From contig NW_024704743.1 of the NCBI RefSeq assembly GCF_018977255.1, positions 2,170,001 through 2,234,000 of the forward strand: a DNA stretch of 64,000 bases. Direction: 5' to 3'. The notes under the pieces were generated by a model. It was not told the DNA's origin, did no database searches, and was given only the letters and a program-made list of their open reading frames with translations. This DNA is from Callorhinchus milii. Lineage: Eukaryota. The translations under genes were made by a program, and so were the position numbers. Below, one piece after another: positions 1-12,200 of the stretch (its first letter is position 1; the number at the start of each line of letters is the position of its first letter).

Positions 1-155
1 TTTTCTTGCACTAAAACAAATCAGATGTGATATGAAAGGTGCTATATTAAATGCAAGGATTATTATTATGCCTCTGGGTATGGAGGGAAAAATCATTGAA
101 TTGGTATCCTTTGCTCAAAAGCCAGTTTTCTGAGAGCATTTTTTATCTTTTTCAG

Positions 156-293
156 GAAGAAGAGTATACATATTCCACATCCCAGGATGCAGCAGAACAA
201 CTTCAACCTGAGGTCAATGAGGAATACGAACATGAGAACATTGCTATGGATTCACAAGAACCGGTTCCAGAGCTTGTTAATGAACCCATCGAG
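156..293 (+). CDS. RBM33: RBM33 exon, acidic segment [10 protein letters not shown]...NEPIE
   Basis: Acceptor ttttttcAG at 154-155 and donor GAG|GTAAAA. Phase 0 end fits the next exon; acidic composition. Less conserved than the other exons. Confidence 0.75.
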
Positions 294-3200
294 GTAAAAT
301 AATCCAAATTGTCGTCGTTTTGAATGCTGAATGTTCTCCACGGAATGAATTCCTGCATTTTGGTTATGGGGGAAGAAGCAGAGTAGAAACCGGGTAGGTC
401 AACTTCAACAGGGGTAGATGGAGAACTTTAGGTTCATCAATGGATCAGACCCGGCACTGTGAAGTGCTCCGGACGCTACCCAGCGTGAAGGGCGTTGTAT
501 AAATGCAAGTTATAAAAGCAAATGGGTGATGCCAAAAGTGTATCAATTATTTGACCACTGAATGGATGGTCTTCTGTGCTATAAATTTCTATGGCTCTAT
601 GATATGATGGTTACTGTTATAAACTTCATCTTGATTCAAGAATAATCACTTGATCAATTTTTTTGGGGTTGACTCGTGCGCTCATTTGGAAGACTTCGAA
701 ATTCAAAGTATAACAGATCGAATGTTTGTTGGAGAATTTTAATCTAATGTGCGATTGTGTATCATATGCAACAGAACCATGTTAGTGAGACAAAGCTTGC
801 ACAGGTGTTATTTTTCTTTTATCCAAATTATTTTGTGCTTGTGGGAGGTTGGAAGTTACAACAATATTTTATTTACGTATATTTAAAATCACGTTTGTAA
901 ATAAACTTAAATTATGTCACCAGTGGCCCTGTTCTGTTGACTCCTGATTTTACTCACTTATACTTTGCTTTAGTTCTGCAAGTGCTTGCCACCTTCCAGT
1001 GCCTCACCCAATTTATTCTTTGATTGTAATCCTGACAAATGAATATTGCTAGGCCATTCAGCCATGAGAGAGGTGTCACAGTTGAGCCTTGTCTTGTCCT
1101 CACCTGATGTTCACAAATGAGCACTTCCATTACAGGACAGCAAACAGGATTGTGAATTCTGTCCAGTGTTTTTTCCTCTTTCCTTCCTCTCCTTCCAACC
1201 CACTCATGGTTATTGAGGTTAAGCTGTTGTCGAACGACTAAATTAACATTGTCTTTTTGTGCTTAGGTGGTAAACCAAATATGTGAAGCAAAAACAGAAA
1301 CAAAGGAAGTGTCTGATGATGAGGATGAAGATGATGAAGAATCTGGACGAATCCGTTTCAAAACCGAACGCAAAGAAGGGACAGTTATTCGATTAACAGA
1401 TGCAGCCAGAAAAAGGAGAAACATTCCCGATACATTGGGTCAGTAATGCAACCCAACAGACCTTTAAATTGAAAAGCTTTTTGATTTACTGATGCTTTAG
1501 TTAGGAATATAGGCAATAATTATAAGTAAGTAAATATAGTTTTGTTTCTGTTTTTTTTCCCCATTTAATTGCCTTGTTTCCTCTCCTGACTGCAACAGTT
1601 TATGATTGCTCTTGGTCTGTGAATGGAGGCAGTAACCTGTTCGTTACCTGTGTCATTTTGGAACTGGTTTCTGATAGAATGCAATTGGGTAATGATCATC
1701 CTCGATTAGTTTGAGTAAATACATAGTACATAGAACTTTACAGCATGAAAAAAGGCTATATGGCCCATCCTGTCTGTGCGGGTTCTTTTGTTGATTTATT
1801 TTTTTGGAATATTCATTCCAATTGTTCTTGTTTAGATATCTCTTCAGTTCTCCTCGTAAGCTAATGTGGATTCTGCCTCAACCACTGTTCCCTGTAGGGC
1901 ATCCCACTTCCTGACAAACCTCCATGTTAAAAAAAATCCTGGTCTTTTCCTTTGCTCCTTTGGTAATTATCTTAAATTGATGCCCTCTAGTCACTGACTC
2001 ACTGACCAATGGAAATAATTTTTTCCTATCCATTCTATGGAAACATTCTGAATTTTCAAGACCTCTATCAGTTCTCAGCTCAAACTTCTTTATTCCTGTG
2101 AAAATTAGGATTCCTCCAGTCTCCGCTTGTAAATAATACCACTCATCCCACTAAATTTCTTCCAAAGCCTTTCTATGCTCCTGATATCATTGACTAATTA
2201 GTTGACTGATTAACTGATGAATTATACAAGTTAAGCATTACTTGATTTTTAAAATATATTCCATTGTTTTATATTCCATGTTTTTTTAAAAATTGTGTTA
2301 TCGTATTCTGGCAGTTTGTTTAGTTAGGAAAGTCAGCTCGGAAAATTCGCAGGAAAGAAAAAAAAATTTCCCCCCCATTCTGAAACGTCAGCAATACAAA
2401 ATAGGGCTCTCTTTCACTTGAAATGAAAAAAATTGAAACCAATTACAGAGCCAAATTTTTACTTTGCTTGTTATGTGAAATGTTAATAACCAGAATATTT
2501 GATTTTGAGATGAAGTACTGCAATTCTTTGTTTCCAGTTATACTCGCCTCTCACCTTAATTCATAATAAACTGTGAGGAGGTTTTTTTTAACTGTTATAG
2601 CTGAATAAATGTAATGATTACGGGATGGAAGGAGGAAGCCTTGATCGTGTAGCACAAATTCAGGCAAGGAATTTAGCATGCTTTGTCCACTCCCTGGTTA
2701 TTTGCATTGGTATATTTTGAAAACCTCAGGATTTTCTAAAGGACCTTAAATGGAACGAGAAAAAAGCTGGAAAAATCAATATGTGCTTACACAAAGAGCA
2801 GAACTCCGTAACTGCTCTCAACTGCATCTTGAAGCGGTTGAAAAAGCATTTAGAGGGCAATTGACATTTCAGTTGAAGTTGCAAATGCAATCTCCAGTTC
2901 GTCACATTTTGCTGACCTAATGTGACAGCTTATTTCTATTGGATGAAAGCATTCTTGCTAACTGATTAGACTTGTCGTGTGAAACCATTTTATTATTGGC
3001 CGTACTGAAATTAATCTCGACATCTAAGAATTTATAATTGCTGATTCACTGTATCACTAAAATATGAAAAAATGTGCTGTGGACCTGCTCAGAATAAAAA
3101 AGGCCTTTGTGAGAGTTGGTATAATCTGGCCATTTCATCAACTAAACGGGCTAGGAAGAGTGATTTGTTGATGTGAATGAAGTCCTATTGAATAAAGTTG

Positions 3201-6200
3201 ATGTTGCTGTGAACTACTACAGTAATACTGCCTGAATGGTTTTCTTAATTGCTTTCACGAAAACATGACCAAAAATCCGAAATGTTTTGTAATAAGAATT
3301 GTAGACTTTTGGCGATATCAAATTTCGCTCTGCGTTAAGCCACATGAACAGAGGTGCGTTACCATGCACCTGGCTTCATTGATTTTTCCCGTTGAGAACA
3401 GCCCGGGGGAGAGAGAGAGAGAGACGGAGAATGACACACTTGCAACATGCACACCTGGGTCCATTTGATGTGCTAAATATTGAATGTGCCACTCAATTGA
3501 CCCCAATCTACCGTCTCTGGCATACCTGCAGAATTTATACTGTAAGTCATTTTTCACATTGGAGAAGTGCTTAGTCACAGTAGCTGTAAGCTTGTTTGAC
3601 ACTTCTTCCACTACATGTTTGTTGTGGGAAGCTCAAAACATGAATGTTTCACCCACAAAATATACAGTCACTTCACTTGATAGTGTATTCTGTGAAGCGC
3701 CTTGAGACGCCTCAAAGACTTGATAAGGCGCTATATCAAATGCAGTGGTTATTATAATGTATCTTTTGTGACTTTCCATGAGATGACACCAAGTTAGGAT
3801 TGAACAATGTTGTGGCAAGTGTCTGTTAATAAGAGAATTGAGCATTATTGTTTCTTGAAATAACTCCTGTACAATGTATTGGAGTCTGAAGTGATTCCAC
3901 TGATCAACAAAGAACTATTTTAGTTTGGCAATTCAGTGATGATTTTAATTAAATAGATATATTAAGCTTTAATATATTAAAGCTTTCAATGTTAATATAA
4001 ATTGTTTTCAAATGCATCACATTTTTGTCAAATTCAAAAAATTTTATGAAACTACCGTTGCAATTTATCTTTTGAGTAATAATATTGATCGATAAGCACT
4101 CATGGTTTAGTTGAGCCAACAGAACCAGCTTTTCCTCTTTTAAATAAAAGCCAAAGACAACAATACAACAATTAACAAAAAAATTACAGTTATTATATCA
4201 AATGCAAGGAATATTATTAACAGTTTTTTTGCAGCAGCTCTTCTCCAAAGGACAATTCCTTGATAGCTCATCTGACGGTTTGTCAGGCCGGCAGAAATAA
4301 GCAACCCTTGGACTCGCATTACATACTAGTTTCAAATTTTCAATGTGATTTCTTGTTCTAGAACTTTCTGATGAAGCTAAGGCAGCACTACGCGAGTTTG
4401 AGGAGATGGAACGTCAACGAAAACAGGGAAGAAGAGGGAGACGAGGAGGAGGTCCAGGTAATTTTGGATTTTGTGATCCAAGGAAAGATGGTGGAGGAAG
4501 AAGAAGAGACCAGCGACCACCTTTGATGCAGATGCCGCTATCACTACAGGTAAACGCGCATTTCGTAGCTCAATGGTTAGAGCGCTCGCCTCGCAAGCGA
4601 AAAACCTGGGTTCAATTCCCGGCAGGGCGAAATGTTGGGCAAGTTTCCTTATTTCACACGCCTCTGTTTACCTAGCAGTACGTAGCAACCCGGTTATTAG
4701 TCGATTGGCGGATTGCTTTTCCGGGGATAATAATTCTTGCGAAAAAACAAAATCCGCAGCCAATTCACTTTACAGTATATTATGTGAAGCGTTTGAGACG
4801 CGTTGAAGACATGATAAGGCCCTATATCAAATGCAAGAATTATTATTATCATTTAAGTAAGGGATAACTATTGTGTTGAGGGGTATCCCATGCCTTGCAG
4901 CCAGAGCTTGCATTGAGCCCAGCATAGGTTCACTGGAGGGCTCTTATTTTGGAGCTCCCAAATTATGCCTTAAACGGATGATTCCTGTTCCAGGCAAAAT
5001 AATTTTGACTCTTTGTGCTACTTAGAATAGCTTATGCTTACGATTTAAATTAGGTAGATAGAATTTTCTCATTAACAATTGAATAATTTCTGGATAAACT
5101 TGCATTAATCACAACACAATTGCTAATCCTCTGGTATAGAATTAATCACATGAAATGGATTACACGAGTATCTAGAGCGAGCATTAAAAAACAGCCATCA
5201 CACTTTGTAAAATTGCTCTCGGAATTAACTGCCTCTATTCTAAAAGAGGAGGAGAAAGATTGTGGTCACACCACGATAATCTAATTTTTACTCTCGACTA
5301 ATGACACCCCAGGTCTTTCTCGCAGAAACTCATACAATTATATATCTTCTTAAATGGCATTCCCTCTTCTATTGCACAATCTTGTCCAAGCTGAGTACAA
5401 AGTAGGCACTGACTTTTTTTCTGGCCCACTCTGGAGACAGTTGGGTGTTCTATTATTATGTCCTTATCACGTCATTGACACGTCTCACCGACGTGACAAG
5501 GTGCTATATCAAGCACAAGTATTATTATTAATGTTTTAGACACTGTTCATACACTTGGAGTTTGTTGCAGTCAGCTACAAAAAAATGTAAATTTGTTAAT
5601 TTTCTCTGAACGCCCTAAAGTAACATTGTGCATTATGGAAGGTTATAACCACCATCGACGCAAAGCAGAATATTATTTTACATGATCTGCTTTTCTGGGG
5701 CAGTGTGGAGTCTCCAATTATTTCCATCTTTAGGATGGAATACTAATGTGCTGAAAACTGATAGCAAAACCCCTGTGTTGAATGTGGATTCTGCAATCTC
5801 TGTATCCTTGCATATATTAGTCACATCCGTGATAATATTTAAGAAACTGTTGACAAAATGACAAACTATTATTGCTATTATGTTTGTGATTTGTGCCAAG
5901 GGAACATATTCTGTGACCATTGGCATTTTATACCAAAACTGGGCATTTTATTTATTTGTATTTTTGTCTTTGTATAATAACATTTGTTCATCCTGCCCTG
6001 AGAGATAAGGAAATATTAAGGTCTGGGACGTTCCCACTGCTCCATGCTTTGAAAACAATATCTTTGTGGCGGTTACATTAGCTTCAGAATGCAGGATATG
6101 GAGAATGAGATGAAACTCAATGGCACAATTGGCTGCCTGTACTGAAGTATTTTTTTTTCCTTGTGCCCTGGGGTGGAACCATGTTAGCAGTGCCATTTTT

Positions 6201-9200
6201 AAATCTTGTTGGTGAAAAGATTGGGGGGAAAAGGGATGGAACGACCTCAAGGAGGAACTTTGATGCATGTGGAGTGGGCTAAAGGAGAAAATAATGGTAC
6301 CCAGCAACAGCAACTTGCATTTATATAGTGCTTCTCACGCAGGATAGCGTCTCAGAGCGCTTCAAATCTTCAAGTGTCCTGTGCTGAAGTTTCAACTGCC
6401 TGAACGTAATGAGAGAACATTTATTTTTTTTGACCCATGAAATCTGTTTCAGCATGTAATGTGAACATTGATACAGCACCATCTAGCAGTTGTGTTGTGT
6501 ATGTACCCTCGAGTGGCACAGTAACACGAAGCACTATCTATGACTTACAATGTGGTATTTTAAATTATAATTATCCTTAAGTCTTAAAGCCATATTTATT
6601 ATTGAGCAAAATAGCAACAAGTCGATCTTTTTAACAACCAGCTAATTGTCACGTTACGATGGTATATGTAGCATCGGTGTGGATATATTTTGTCTGAATT
6701 CCTGCAGTGCTGCATAGATGGTCATTGGATGAGGAATCTTTTTTTTTGTGTGTTTCTTTCTGGAACGAAAAATTGTGTGCCTGGTTTAATTTTCAGACAA
6801 TGAAGATGGATAGAATAAATAGCTTTAAATTTGGTGTTTCCTTCGGATGAGACGTTAAACTGAGATCCCATCTGCTTGTTCAGATAGACGTTGAAGGTCA
6901 CATGACGCTATTCAAAAAGAGAAGGGAGTTTCTCCAGGTGTCCGGGCCATCAATCCCCCTTATTAGAAGAATCTGGGAGGTGGAGATGAACTTGAATGAA
7001 CAGTATATGAATCAAACTTTGAACCTGTAAATTTTAAAGTGTTCTTTTGTTTTGTAATGCCGAGTAGAATGCTGATCGCCGTGAAATTAGACAAACTGTT
7101 TAAAATGATGTATACAGCCTTTTTATGTATATAATAATAATATTATTATTTTTTATGTATATATTTTTTTAACAAAACCATAAGGGCGGTTTATAATAAT
7201 AATAATCCTTGTGTTTGATATAGCACCTTATCACATCTTTGAGACGTCTCAAAGCGCTTCACCGAATATACTATAAGGTGTAGTGACTGTATATTTTGTG
7301 GGGAGTGTTTTATTCTCCAGGTTACATGTACAGTAGCTGTGCCAAAGACATTGGGTTTGCAACCTGCTCTCAGACCTCTGCTGTTGTTTGTCTGAATAGC
7401 CATCCACACGGTGCAGTTGCAATTGCCATCAGATGATTCTGTAATGTTTCGCTCCATTCTTATGGTGAAACACTAGGGCCAGCAGATGCCCTTTTTCAAT
7501 GACACCGATAAGACTGGTGGCCGGGGAATCGAACCTTTGTCCCCATATTGCAGTGTTCTGTGCAACCATAAATTGGTGCTCCAATGTTGCTGCTTCCAAT
7601 CTTCCGAGTACAAATTAGCATAATTAAATTACAATAAAAAAAATTTGAATGAAAATCATACGTAAACAATTCGAAAGATGCCTTTTGAGAGAACTCTAAC
7701 CTTTAATCATTTAGATTAGTTTTCAAACTTCAGGCTATAGGGACTAAGCAATGATGGAGGGTTCAGTAAATTTAGCACAGTGTGTTATGCTGGCAAGGTA
7801 TATTACGCAGATCATTTCTACAATTGTACATTTTGTTTTGAGTTGTCATATTCATAAATCTCAAGTATCCAATTGGTTGACAGTGCAGCATGTGCTCAGC
7901 TCATTTTATCCTTAACAAGAATGTTTTGCAGAGATGTAAAACTGTCTGCCTCTTTAGGTGGTAATCCGATTACAATTGGGAAAAGAGAAGGGAGTTTCTT
8001 CTGGTGTCCTGGCCAACAATCCTCCAAATAAATTGGTCATTTCATGTCATGGCTGTTTGTTGGAACTTGCTGGTGCAAATAGGAGTTGTGTTTAACAAAA
8101 ACAAATCACTACAATTAGCTGAAGTTTTTGTTGTGATTTCCAATGTAATATGGGGTATTCATTCTTTCTCTTTTTTAAATCTTCCATTCTTACCTTCATT
8201 CAAAATACAATACGTGGATTCCTGTAGCATATTGGTTAGAGCACTCACCTCACAAGCGAGAGGACCTGCGTTTGATTCCCGGGCAGGCCAAAATGTTAGG
8301 CAAATTTCCTTACTACACACACACCTCTGTTTACCAGCAGTAAATAGGAACCCGGTTGTTAGTCGATTGTCGGATCGCTTTTCCGGGGGTTATAATCCCT
8401 TAAATGTTTTTTTTTAGAAAATAGGATCACTCAATCCACGACAGTTTGTGGGACGCTGCTGTGTGCAATTGGCTGCTGCGTTTCACCCACAAAGTATACA
8501 ATTAATTCATTTACAGTATGTTCTGTGAATCGCTTTGAGACGTCTCAAAGACCTGGTGAGCAGCTATATCAAATGCAAGGATTATTATAATGTTCTTCAT
8601 CAGAAAATCATTGGCATCGATATGTTGTATAGAATTCTATTTGTAGTGAGTAAAGGCTGTTTCAATGGATTTATTTTCACGGACGAAACGCTTTTGTGTT
8701 GCAGAATCCCCACCCGATGATGAATTTTTCAGATTATACCCCTGGTAGAGGTTCTTTTCAACAACAACAACAACGACGACAGCCGCCACCTTTAATGGGA
8801 AATCCTAGGCAGCCTCCCCCATCTCAATTTCCCATTCGCCCCCAGCAGGGGCAGCAGCAGCAGCAGCAACAACATCATCCACCACAGCAACATCCACCTC
8901 AACAACATCCACCTCAACAACCACCACAACAACAACCACCACCACAGCAGCAGCAGCAGCAGCGACAACAACAGCAGCAGCAGCAGCCGCCACCACCACC
9001 ACAGCAGCAACAACATCACCAGCAGCATCAGCAACAAAATTCAGAAACTTCTACTTTGAATCAAACAGGGCCGCCAACGCAACAATCCAAAAACATCCAT
9101 ATAAACCCTCATTTCCGAGGCCCAGTGGTGTCCCCAGTGCAAGGTGAGAGCTTCAGACTGTCGTGAAAGTTGCTTGACTTTGTCTTGTGCGTTTTCTCTC

Positions 9201-12200
9201 TCCCCCCCGCCCCTTTACAGATTTTCTTCCTACATGGAACCGGTGACTTCTGTTGGAGAAAAGTACCCTCTATACGTACCTCAGCCCAGATGGTGTTCTT
9301 GGCATCGGCTGGCTTTCTGCACAAGACCTATCTTCCTCCAAGAATAAATACCTTAGTCAGCAAAGAGATCCTGCCTTGCGCCCACAAATTCAACAAAATG
9401 TGTGCTCATAACTCTTAATGTTGGTCTTGATGTGAGTCCATAAGAACCTACCCATCCTTTTTAGTGCAACCAGGGAAGACGCAAGTGGCCTAGTTCACTT
9501 TTCATAGTTGTTGCTCTATTATAGGTCTTATCCCCAGAGAGTGTTTCTGTTGAATTTGAAACATCTTACACCACAATTTAATGTGACTTACACTTATTTG
9601 CAAGTTCAGTTGTGTGTCGCACAATTTACCATACTGCTGGAGAATTTATCAGAATCATTTATCTTATTGTATATAGGACGTAATCTACACCAAAAGGTTG
9701 TGATATCTACCCTATTATCTAAAAACACAAAAATATTATAATTTATTTAAGACTTATGAGACATTGTAATGGTATCACAACTTTTTGGTCACCTGTGTGT
9801 ATATAGTTTGATAATTTTCAATCAATATGGCAGTATTCTTTTTTGCTTTAAAACTGTTTTTATACAGTTTTTTTCAATGAATAGTTTTACCAATCTGTCG
9901 ACCTTAAAAAGAAGTCACTCGCGAGTTAGTCAGGCAAATGACTATGGTCCTACTATTAGGCTTGTTATCCCTGGGCATCAAGGGTTAATACTGGTCGCTA
10001 TTCAGAGACAACTGCTGGAAGATGAACATTAAATAAGTAGAGAACCAACTATGCTTGTTCTTTCTCTTTTCCCACTCATCACCCTCTGTTGGGTTATTTC
10101 TCAAACCGCCCGATCATTGAGGGTGGTAAGGACAGTGTAGACTCCACTTGATGTTAAGCATTCTGCAGACCTCTTGGCATACCGCTCCAGTAAAGTGTGC
10201 TCCCTGGCCTGAATCAATCGAACTTGGGAGTCCCCACCTTGGTATGTAATCTTTACACAGGATCGTTGCTGTTTAGGTCGTTGTTGCTTGTGTAAAGGGG
10301 TAGCTTCTACCCATCTGGAGAATCTGTCAACTATTACCAGTACGTCAGCAAAACCTTGGCTCTTGGGTAGGGAGATATAATCAACCTGTATCTCCTGAAA
10401 GGGGCCAATAGGAGCCTGGGGTCGTAGCTGAGGCATCGCCGTAATGGGACCAGGATTGATCTTTTGACACGGTACACATCTGTCCGTCACATTCTGGGCA
10501 TGCTTCCTGAAGCCTTTTCCCCACCAATGTCTCGCAAATCTAGCCACCATCTGTCGAGGGGCTAGATGTCCCCAAGAGTGGATCTGTTGGGCCAAAAATG
10601 CCATTAAAGACTGGGGAGCTACTGTTCTTTGAGTGTCATGTTGTCGCCATATTCCATCTGAACCCAAATGCATTCCTTCTTCCATCCACGTCCATATCTT
10701 TTCCTTAGTAGACATAGTAAGTTTCACCAACTTAGCAATCTCCGTTTTCAATCCGGCCATAAAAGCCGCTTTTAAGGGTCCTTTAGCCACTTGGCCCAAC
10801 GCATCTGGACCGTTGTTACCAGCCAATCCGGAATGTTCTATCCATACAGCCTGACATCTATCATCATACTGTCGCACCGACTCGCTATTTTCCTGCTGAC
10901 AAGCCACAATTTTACTCCAATCAATTCAAGCTGGACCCTGGTTATGGAGCCAAGTTTGAATAGCTGTCCATCCTGCTCCCAAAGCTACTGTTACTTTATC
11001 GTGTAGTAATCTGGCATCCCAGCCAGTTGCCATAACTGATAATATTTGCACCCCATCTTGTGGGTGTAAGCCATAAATAGTACGCAGACGATTAAGCTCC
11101 TCCCAAGTCTTCAGCGCACCTTTTTGAGGGTCAGATAGCGATTTAGACCATTTGTCAATTTTTTCGGGTTCCACCAGCAAATACTCGTGATGTCCTGCCC
11201 ATCCGTCATGAGCTCCCTCCGCAGGGAGCACGGCCTCTCCCGGCGGTGCCATACCCTGCCTTAGGTGGTATCTCGTCACTACGGGTCTTAGTTGGACTGA
11301 TGGAAGAGGGGGTCCCCATGGATCGGGGCAGCAAGTTGACGGATCCCATGGATCACACTCATCCTTTATTATAAGCCGGAGGGGCTGACGCAGACAGCAA
11401 TGGTGGATACAACGAGCCACTTTTAACAGGTGCTCCACCGACATTACTTTTACCAGCCGCTTCAGCTTTAAGCTTTTCAATCTCAGCATTTTTACTGTCG
11501 ATTTCTGCTTGTTTTTTGTGTAGTTGTTCTGCCATTGCAGCCAACTGCTCCTTAGCTTTATTCATTTCAGCATCGTGTTGAGTATCTTTCATTGTTTCAT
11601 TCCGCTGTCGCAACTGATTTGTTGTAATCATTGCCAATCGGGTTTGAGACTCCCCTTTTAAACGGGTCATCTTATCCCATGCTTTCTGAATGCTTGGCAG
11701 GGCCCACTGGCCGCTGCTTATGCCATACTTTTTTTCAATGCTTTCCTGTAATTCTTGGAGCTTTAAATTGGTCTGCAAAGCCTTAATTAATGTTTCCAAC
11801 ATTTCAGTCAAGCTTATCTCGGGAGGGGTTTGCCCTCCTTTAACTGTGGTTGGTTTACTTGAATCTCCCTTTGAACCTACCGTTGTGCTAAATTTTGAGC
11901 CCGTGGGCCGTTTCAACTCCGAAGAGGATATCCAATATCCGAAAAATAGGCTACTCAATTTTTAGCAAGCTTCAGTCTCAACCTTCACACACGATTCTTT
12001 CAAGGATCACGAGAAAATTCAAACAGCTCAACACCCGAGACGAAGGAATTTTTCAAGAGGATTTCTTACCTCAAGTCACGTCTGACTTTGTTACTGGGTC
12101 TTGGGATATCTATGTCCATTTTCTTGTCTTCTGTGATACTCCAGAATTGTTGGGTTACTTCTCAAACCGTCTTTATGTGTGTAAAATAACCTTCAGACTT

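Noticed and set aside
8792-9037. Minus-strand poly-Leu, poly-Ala/Val and poly-Cys ORFs here and at 30947-31268 and 37133-37318
   Set aside because: They are antisense or alternate-frame readings of the CAG/CAA repeats in RBM33 exons.
9251-9395. TGTTG...CAACA-bounded 145-bp segment with AATAAA, as a solo LTR or the 3' LTR of the ERV
   Set aside because: No TSD, very short, and no similarity to the 12148-12593 LTR.
10790-10830. [11 protein letters not shown] (minus strand, ~10790-10835) as an RNase H C-terminal motif
   Set aside because: It lies between the MHR and the LKAAFMAGL capsid motif, so it is better read as Gag CA.
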